In this document: positions 55,801-64,000 of the stretch, one piece after another
Layout: each line of letters opens with the position of its first letter
How positions within the stretch are numbered: the first letter of the stretch is position 1
DNA from: Selaginella moellendorffii
Lineage: Eukaryota; Plantae; Lycopodiophyta
Length of the DNA: 64,000 nucleotides
NCBI RefSeq assembly: GCF_000143415.4
Contig: NW_003314400.1
Span: forward strand, 124,001-188,000
Reading direction: 5' to 3'
Notes under the pieces: generated by a model
Told to the model about the DNA's origin: nothing
The model's database searches: none
What the model saw: only the letters and a program-made list of their open reading frames with translations
Made by a program: the position numbers and the translations under genes

Positions 55801-58306
55801 ACGCCAATAGGCTTCGACCCCTTACGACTCTCATCGGACGCAAGGAGGAGCCGAAGGCGATCCCGGCAAATGTAGTGTGGGCCAATGCGAGAGTAGAGAA
55901 CAGGCAATCGGTGAACTGGGGGGTGATCTTCCGGATTTCATTTTTCCGGGTGATTGCCGCTCAGAAAAGCAGGATCCTGAGCCGTCAGGAAGGATTCACA
56001 TATCTAGCGAGGATAGCAGGGTACCTCGGGCTAACATCAGGGGACGAGTGGAAGTTCCGACCCCTGCATGAACTGCTGGAGTACTCGCTAAAGAAGCAGA
56101 TGGACGACTTCATCAACGGGGTGAAGAACAACACCGAAGGCTGGTACAAAACGCTACACTACACCAGTGATCAGGACTCGGACAGTTTGGCAAACGAAGA
56201 AGAGCCGGAGCAGCAGAAAGACGGGGCCGACGTGGACCCCGAATCCCCGTCGATCCCACAGGTACCCAGAGGTATGCCAGATCAGCCGGTAGATGGTAAC
56301 CCACCGCCATAGTATGGAGGCGGCGTACGAATTACCCATCGAGGAGTAACCGAAGTTGGCAATTATGGCCAGCCAGTATACTCCGACTTTCTGACGACCC
56401 GGGCAGAACACTAGTGTCAGCTGACCCATCAAGAAGGAGAAATGCCAGGGATGCAACCACGGCCCCCTTACCTAATTAGCGATAACAAAGCCTAGTTAGA
56501 TTTAAGCATTATTGACCTAATCACTTCAGCTGAAAAGTGACCGCCGTTCTGTCTTACTCAGAAGACAACCAGCAGACTCCACCAAGAGCACAGGCGAACA
56601 AGGCAAGCACCTCCATCCGAGCGCTCCACGGGCGGGAATACAGGTGGAAGAAGAGCGCCGATCAAGGCTGGTTCATACAGAAGGGTTTGGGAGGAATCAT
56701 CGAGGTACTGGCCAACAAGGCAGTTACCATAGATGGGTTGTTCCTCACCAACATGATCATGGCGATGGACGAGCACAAGAAGGCGATCAGAGTCTGTAGG
56801 AGGAACATCCGGCTTTCGGCGGAGTTCTTCAACCAGGTATTCGATTTTCCAGAATTCCAGGGACACATGAAGAAGCCCAGCCGAACCATCCGACCAAGTG
56901 CATATCGACATTTGTTCGAAGAAACAGCTGCGGGCAGAAGAAAGTGGAAGACCCATCTCGCCAGAAGGAAGGACACCAAACGGGTGAAAGGCATCCAAGT
57001 CGGGGACTTTCCGGTTGCACACGCCAACAGGCTTCGACCCCTTACGACTCTCATCGGATGCAAGGAGGAGCCGAAGGCGATCCCGGCAAATGTAATGTGG
57101 GCCTATGCGAGAGCAGAGAACAGGCAATCGGTGAACTGGGGGGTGATCTTCCGGATTTCATTTTTCCGGGTGATTGCCGCTCAGAAAAGCAGGATCCTGA
57201 GCCGTCAGGAAGGATTCACGTATCTAGCGAGGATAGCGGGGTACCTCGGGCTAACATCAGGGGACGAGTGGAAGTTCCGACCCCTGCATGAACTGCTGGA
57301 GTACTCGCTAAAGAAGCAGATGGACGACTTCATCAACGGGGTGAAGAACAACACCGAAGGCTGGTACAAAACGCTACACTACACCAGTGATCAGGACTCG
57401 GACAGTTTGGCAGACGAAGAAGAGCCGGAGCAGCAGGAAGACGGGGCCGACGTGGACCCCGAATCCCCGTCGATCCCACACGTACCCAGAGGTATGCCAG
57501 ATCAGCCGGTAGATGGTAACCCACCGCCACATTATGGAGGCGGCGTACGAATTACCCATCGAGGAGTAACCGAAATTGGCAGTTATGGCCAGCCAGTATA
57601 CTCCGACTTTGGGACGACCCGGGCAGAACGCTAGTGTCAGCTGACGCATCAAGAAGGAGAAATGCCAGGGACGCAACCACGGCCCCCTTACCTAATTAGC
57701 GATAACAAAGCCTAGTTAGATTTAAGCATTATTGACCTAATCACTTCAGCTGAAAAGTGACCACCGTTCTGTCTGACTCAGAAGACAACCAGCAGACTCC
57801 ACCAAGAGCACAGGCGAACAAGGCGAGCACCTCCATCCGAGCGCTCCACGGGCGGCAATATAGGTGGAAGAAGAGCGCCGATCAAGGCTGGTTCATACAG
57901 AAGGGTTTGGGAGGAATCATCAAGGTACTGGCCAACAAGGCAGTTACCATAGATGGGTTGTTCCTCACCAACATGATCATGGCGATGGACGAGCACAAGA
58001 AGGCAATCAGAGTCTGCAGAAGGAACATCCGGCTTTCGGCGGAGTTCTTCAACCAGGTATTCGATTTTCCCGAATTCCAGGGACACATGAAGAAGCCCAG
58101 CCGAACCATCCGACCAAGTGCGTATCGACATTTGTTCGAAGAAACAGCTGCGGGCAGAAGAAAGTGGAAGACCCATCTCGCCAGAAAGAAGGACACCAAA
58201 CGGGTGCAAGGCATCCAAGTCAGGGACTTTCCGGATACACATGCCAATAGGCTTCGATCCCTTACGGCTCTCATTGGATGCAAGGAGGAGCCGAAGGCGA
58301 TCCCGG
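52883..58306 (+). repeat. Tandem array of 4.5 x ~1220-bp units, each an ORF plus a short spacer
   Basis: Unit starts at 52883, 54097, 55317, 56537 and 57757 (periods 1214, 1220, 1220, 1220). The last copy is truncated at 58306. Confidence 0.97.
56537..57634 (+). CDS. Only full-length stop-free copy of the array ORF; resembles plant LTR-retrotransposon accessory (Athila/Tat env-like, 'plant transposon protein') ORFs
   Basis: 365 open codons from GTG (first ATG at 56753). Motifs IRVYRRNIRLSAEFFNQVFDFP, VNWGVIF and TYLARIAGYLG, plus an acidic tail. Family assignment is by remembered motif resemblance only. Confidence 0.45.
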   Translation: MTAVLSYSEDNQQTPPRAQANKASTSIRALHGREYRWKKSADQGWFIQKGLGGIIEVLANKAVTIDGLFLTNMIMAMDEHKKAIRVCRRNIRLSAEFFNQVFDFPEFQGHMKKPSRTIRPSAYRHLFEETAAGRRKWKTHLARRKDTKRVKGIQVGDFPVAHANRLRPLTTLIGCKEEPKAIPANVMWAYARAENRQSVNWGVIFRISFFRVIAAQKSRILSRQEGFTYLARIAGYLGLTSGDEWKFRPLHELLEYSLKKQMDDFINGVKNNTEGWYKTLHYTSDQDSDSLADEEEPEQQEDGADVDPESPSIPHVPRGMPDQPVDGNPPPHYGGGVRITHRGVTEIGSYGQPVYSDFGTTRAER

Positions 58307-58309
58307 AGC

Positions 58310-59115
58310 CAGGGTAGAGCGTGGGGGAGGATTTGGCTGAATTGCGGAAGTCTCTCACGCAATCGCTATGGGGGATAGCTTCTTTTCTTGCGCCGCTGCC
58401 AAAGTCATGCAGAGAAAATTCTCCCAAGGTAGAAGAGGAAACTTCTCGAGATGATTATCAGGAAAATCAAGGAGTGGAGAATGCCAGTGTTTGTATCGTT
58501 GAGAAAGAGAAGCTTAGTGGAATGCAAAGCGACTTTGCGGAACTCAAGGGAGGATTCAGGAAAGGTTTCCGGGGGGATGAGTCCCGGAGCAGTGACAAGC
58601 CGGAGGGAGCTTCCCAGGACGCGGGGCTGCTCAAGCCTTTGATTGACAACGTTCTCACCAGCGACAAACCGGCCGGCCAGGTTACTCCTGTTGATGACGA
58701 AGAAGATACCAGTCGTGGTGGTGGCATGGAGTCGTCGTCCAAGATGGGGATTTCGGCGGCGACTCTCGTGGATGGAGTGTCCAAGCTTGTGTCGAGCTTG
58801 TTCTTGTTTGATGACGAGCCAGACGACGCCATCGAGGTCCCGGTGCTCACTGACGAGGTTGTCGCGTTTGCGAGGAACGTCTCTTTTCATCCCGAGACGT
58901 GGCTCGACTTTGCTCTTGCCTTGGACGATGATCTTCAAAACGGTATGGGAAGTGTTTTGACATTGTTTACCTTGAGGATCACTTAGCAGGAGAAAAAAAT
59001 CTCTTTTTTCTTGCAGGATTTCAGATGAACCACGCTTATGCAGTGGAGCGTGCTGCGTTGAGGCTCGCCGCCTTAATTTGTCCCCGGCATATGAACGAGG
59101 GACGTTTTTGGCTGG
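58310..59115 (+). pseudogene. BSD-domain protein fragment
   Basis: EDLAELRKSLTQSLWGIASFLAP; LTDEVVAFARNVSFHPETWLDF; HAYAVERAALRLAAL-ICPRHMNEGRFW. The 5' end is lost at the array junction and there are internal deletions. Confidence 0.8.
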
Positions 59116-59899
59116 GAATGGGAATTGTTGCAGCTCCAGGAATTAGAAAGAGAGAAACGTGCTTTAGCGAAACGACTTCTGTAAGCGGTCGTGGTGGCAA
59201 GGGCGCTAGATCGGAAGTCATTGATATCAGTGATGAGGAGAGTAATGGGGAGACGTCTATACTAGGTGAGAAGCACAATCTGCCATTGAGCTTCACACCT
59301 CGAGGCCGTCAGGAGACAGTCGCAGTGAAGGAAGAACCGGGATGGCGTGGTATGGGTGTAAAGAAGGAAGAGCCTCCCGGGAGCTATGCTCAAACAGCTG
59401 CCTGGAATGGAGCAACTTCCTCTTACGGCTGGAGAGTTGCTCCAAAGATGGAAGAAGTTTTTCTGATGGGCAGAAGGTTTGATCAGCCGGCTTCGTCGGG
59501 TTCATCTGTCCATGCAGGCCCAAAGAAGAAGGAAGAACCAGTTCAGAACACGAGCACAAACACAACTCCAAATCTGCTCAACCAGTGCCTGTGGTTCGCC
59601 GGAATGGTCAAGCCAGCATAGCAACTTCGTCTTGCCGCTGGACAGCTCCTCCAAACAAGGAAGAAGTTTTGCCAACTGGTAGAAGGTTTGATCAGCCGTC
59701 GTTGTCGGGTTCGTATGTCCATGCAGGCCCAAAGAAGGAGCCTTTGAGTCAAGAAACTCCAAAGAAGGAAGAATCAGTTCACAACACGAGCACAAACACA
59801 AGCTGCTCAACAGGTGCACGTAGACAAATGTCTTCGCCGGATCTTGGAGGTACACTTGCACTGACTGCTATTTGGATGTTTACATTTTCTTTTCCCACA

Positions 59900-60345
59900 G
59901 AGAATGATCACTCCTGATACAAACGAAGAGGCCACTCCAGATGAGGGAATGAGGTATACTTTTAAATCTTCTATGTTTCACGGGTTTAAAGCAATCTTTG
60001 TAGAGAATAGCTTTAGCTTGGATGGTGAAGAGCGAGGAGCGTGGAAATTGTTCTGGTGGCTTTCTAGCAGGTGAGCCTTTTGTATGTCATATTGGTTGAA
60101 CGATCTCCTTGACGTCAATCCGGGAACACAAGCCATTAAACCTGAGATTAAACCTAAGATCCTGAGCTTATGCCAAATAGAAGGGGTGGCACTCTTGTCG
60201 TACGCCCGACAAGCGTTTTGAGACAGTGGTATCATGAGATCGAGGAAAAAGTTACAGCGGCGGCAAGGTAACAGGAAGAGGTGTCCCTACGAGTTAGCCA
60301 AATATGACGTTGTGTTAACCACGTACTCAATTGTAACAAATGAGG
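59900..60345 (+). pseudogene. SNF2 helicase (CHR27/28-like) fragments
   Basis: EEATPDEG exon and PYELAKYDVVLTTYSIVTNEV. Confidence 0.55.
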
Positions 60346-60839
60346 TGCATTCTCCTTGCCCACCACTTCCAATTCCAGTCGCAAGTATGCCAGACCTACG
60401 CCACGCTCCTCAAGTGCGAATCCATGTCCACATTGTCGCTAACAGCCTCACCTCCGCGATCACCTTTTCCTCCGGAGCGGGATAGCTTTGGAGACTGGGC
60501 TGGTGAAGATGGAGCTATCTCATGAGTTATAGAACACCATCTCAGCTAGCACGCAGGTAGTGGCTCCTCCATTCTCAGGGCCTCCTGCTCCAGCTCTTCA
60601 AATCCAAGCTCCCAAGACTAGCATACCAAAGACAATAGGTAAGGGAAACATCATAGAAAGCTTTAGTGTACCTCAATGGAAGCTCCCAAAGCAGAGTCAA
60701 AGCTTGCATTCACAATACTTGGAAGAGTACCCTCCTGAAAGAAAATTCTTGCCCGTGCCTACGTCTGTACTTTCCCTTCTCCTGAAACACAACACACAAC
60801 ACACAAGTGAGCACGAATCGAATGGTTTCTAAACATACG

Positions 60840-61925
60840 CACAGTTTGGCATCGAAGTTGAGCCCACCAGGAGCAAGACCTCCCTACACGAAGATAAGAT
60901 AAACAAAAGATGATACGGTCAGGCGAAGAAACAAGTTTTCGAGTGACTTACATTCTGAAGCACTCAAAGCATCACTTGCGTGGTTTCTGCAATATCCATC
61001 AGGAGCAGGTCGGTATCCCATCCTGAAAGAAAATCTCTGAGGTACTGCGTGAAACGAAGTAGCGGAAAAAACCTACCTGTTTGAGCGTCACCAGTGTTGG
61101 CGTCAATGTTTCCCAAAACTCCATTGGTTCGAGAAACTTCCAGTTCATGACAGCAGCTGCATTCCACGAGTATCAGTACAAACAATAAACTTTCGGCTGT
61201 CTTACCTGTGTCGTTGCGTGGTTGCATTCGAAGTCGTCCGCGCCGGAGGAATAGAGTTAGATGGATCTACGGGGAAAACCACAAGCTAGCTTACCCTTCA
61301 ATCCATGTTTTTGCAAGAATCCAATCGCCGTTGCAGCATCCCAATCATATCTACATAAACAAACATTAAGTAAGGTGCATTAAGTTTAAAGCAAGCCGGT
61401 ACTGATGCTTCGTGGGTTCCTGAGGCTTTGGTTCAATGAGAAGCACGCCTGCGATATGAAAGAAAAAAATGTCTCAGCACCAAGCAGTCAGCGTGAGATA
61501 CTTACCGTCAAATTCGATCTTCTTCTTGTACTCAGCGGCCGATTTCAAAAATTGTCCCTGCAAAGCCTATAGCTGCCGAAGTTGAAGACGAGAACAAAGA
61601 AATTATTACCAGGTGATTGAGCTCCCTCTCAAGGTCTGTGTCCAAGAGAGACTGAAATCCTTCCCGGCCACCCCAGAACACGTAATTCTCTCCACCAAGC
61701 TCGTTCGTAGCCTGAAAGCAGAAAGCTCAGACGTCAGCATGAATAAAAGAAGAGCAAAACATGTAACATACCTCTCTTGACTTGAGCGGCTGCATAAGCA
61801 TAAATCCTAGCGTCGGGACTAGAAGCAATTACAATAGGAAAGAGAGCAACAATACCTGGTGGCTGCGCCATGCCTGTATCTTGGGTGCTTGAAAAGCTGC
61901 GCTGTTCCCTAGAGAGGTCTTGTGG
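60840..61925 (-). pseudogene. Xylose isomerase pseudogene fragment (multi-exon)
   Basis: RPL*GTAQLFKHPRYRHGAAT, LGGENYVFWGGREG, EPKPQEPTKHQY, GNIDANTGDAQT/GWDTD, GGLAPGGLNFDAKL. In-frame stop at the conserved Trp; N-terminus missing. Confidence 0.88.
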
Positions 61926-62787
61926 ACTGGTCGGACATCACAAATGCGCACATAGTTCCTGTCTCAAGCTCAAGGTTAGAAGTTCCGGAAAGTTTCAAGC
62001 TTTCATGGTACGCTAGGAAGGGGGTTTGCTGCTACTGGCCCCAAAGGAATTCTGACACAGCAGCAGCAGCGAAATGGCCGCAGACCATCAGGACTTCGTC
62101 ATCGGATTCATTTCCATAAATCCTGCTGCATGGCCTCCAAGCTGCCAATCTCGGAGTGCTCTCCCGAGGACGTTTACAATGGGCGAGATGAAAAGAGGCA
62201 CCGCGTCGGAGAAGTACCAACGTACCAGCAGTTTATCTTGTGCTCCCACTCAGAGCACACGAAAAAACCCGTTCTTTACCGCTGGCCATTTACTCCCCCT
62301 TTGATAGACCGTCTCTTGGCCATTTTGATAATGCGGGGCCTCGTCCATCTGTGCTGCTGCTGCTGCTGCTGCTGCTTGGGATTTCTGGCTGGCTGGATTC
62401 GTCGCTGGGGCTCCAGCCTCTGATCTTGTCAAAGATCTTCCAGGCCTTCGTTCAAGCAGTATGCCATGTGCCGGATATATGTGAACTCTATCTCGTTCCT
62501 CTTCCTTGATATCCAAATGGTTCTCTCGTCCTCTCTCTCTTTCTAAAATGCCGGTTTTTCAGGACCCGGATGCTCGTCGCTCGGAGGTGGTGCATTCACG
62601 GAGCTCGGCCCTTTCTATCCCGACTCCAAATCGGATGGCCTGGTGCAGGAACTGGTCGGAGAAATTCTCTGGGTTCCTGTGCTTGTTTACGTCGATACTC
62701 GCCTCAGCTTCAATTATCCGGTTCTCCGATGGCTGAAAAGCTCTCCAAGTTAGAACCATCAATGATCGGACTCAAAAAACATACGAA

Positions 62788-63925
62788 CTTACCCGGAAGG
62801 GATTCCAAATCTTCGGCCCAACATCGTTCGGCTTGCCGAAACACACGCCCTAGTAACCGGGAGAAATCCCAGCATCACAAACTTGCTCTTCCGGAGAAGA
62901 TGTTTCCAGTGCAAGAGGAACCACATTGTCCTCCACCGGAGGAGTTTCCATTTTATCTTCCAGAGGTTCTTGCACCATAGCAGCGGCAGAGCTGCTGTTC
63001 TTGATGTGTGTGGAAGTCAGCAAGTTCTTCATGGCAGCAGCGTGCTGCTGCTTCATCGACGACGAGAGCCCGATCAAAAAGTACTGCTTCTCCTTGGACG
63101 GCGGCGACATACACCCCTGCTTGATCGGCGTGGAAACGCCGTGCCCCAGATCGAATGCGTTGCGGATCAAAGGCGTGTTGCTCACTGGCTGCCTGGCTAG
63201 CTGCCGCAGAGAGTTGAGAAATCTGCCCCCTCTCATCTTGAGGCGCTCGGCGAAGATCAGTACTCCCAGACGATCTGGCAAGAATCACTCACCAGCAGCC
63301 GAGCGGCATCGCCAGCGCCATCGCGGCCTCGCTCGCCATAGCCTGGCCGTTACGCGGCACAGAAAGATTGGTCCAGGGGCGGCGAGTGTGTAGAGGATGA
63401 AGTTTGGATGAAATGCAGAGGATTTTGGAGGATCGAGGCCTCAAGCTGCGCCCAGCAAAGAGAAATGCCAGTGGCCTTTTGTTTTTCTTCATTGCTCTCA
63501 GACAGAATGTTATTTTCTGGAAGACGATGAAAGAGGCATGATCTCGTTCGATCTTTGCTGGTTTCCAGCACGGATTCCGAGCTCGAGAAAATGGTTTTGG
63601 AAAGGCTGGATGAATTTGGCACTGATGAAAGCAATGTAGGCAACTTCGCCGCTCCGTGCGAGAGGAACGAACGCAGAGAAATCTTTGTCTGAATGGGCAA
63701 AGGATAGAGGAGTCAAAAGCAACATTGGCATAGCTGGTGAGTCTGGGTATATTTTTCTATGACGATCTTAAAAGCTTTGTGACAAAACAGATTTTGAAGG
63801 ATATGGTAGAGGAGGGGCTGCAGCCTGCAGCGTGCGATTTAAAAGCTGGAGATCTCGTCCTTGAGATTCCCAGCGAGATTATTATCTCTGAAACTGTCAC
63901 GCTGGAGTCGGATTTCTGTTCGATT
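62788..63925 (+). repeat. Local segmental duplication, copy 2
   Basis: Direct repeat of 43515-44685 with small indels. Confidence 0.85.
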
Positions 63926-64000
63926 GCTGTTTACACGGATCGAGTAAAGTGACTTGCGTCACCGTTGCATTTTTCTGCCTCGTTCTTGCTTGCTCTGGTG

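Overview
Eukaryotic land-plant nuclear DNA. It is most likely a lycophyte (Selaginella-like), inferred from ~50-60 nt introns, compact genes and PLS-PPR genes built from short ~31-aa repeats. There are three zones. (1) 1-15 kb: a degenerate ~1.1-kb tandem repeat hit twice by a non-autonomous LTR element family. One copy is complete and young (5785-13307, TSD GTAGA, iMet PBS). The other is older and truncated (443-3772) and itself carries a 5S-rRNA-bearing Cassandra-type TRIM. The 4.1-kb ORF-less interior of the complete element is an almost unbroken chain of short stem-loops, with compensatory changes between the two copies, tRNA T-arm-like hairpins and a captured 5' piece of tRNA-iMet. This is the most striking signal in the window. 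(2) 15.7-39 kb: a gene-dense block with tRNA-His, three PPR-E genes, a Cys-rich secreted peptide, a DUF1685 gene, two mL80-like genes, an LRR-RLK, a SAPS/PP6 regulatory subunit, a PAP2 phosphatase and an extensin-like gene spanning an assembly gap. It also holds a scrambled RPB6 and a disrupted P-loop ATPase. (3) 39-64 kb: a graveyard of gene fragments and Ty3/gypsy debris, an intact Cassandra TRIM (51920-52515, TSD GTGCC), a 4.5-copy 1220-bp tandem array of a retroelement accessory-ORF-like gene, and a 1.15-kb local duplication. All calls were made by eye; no database searches were run.
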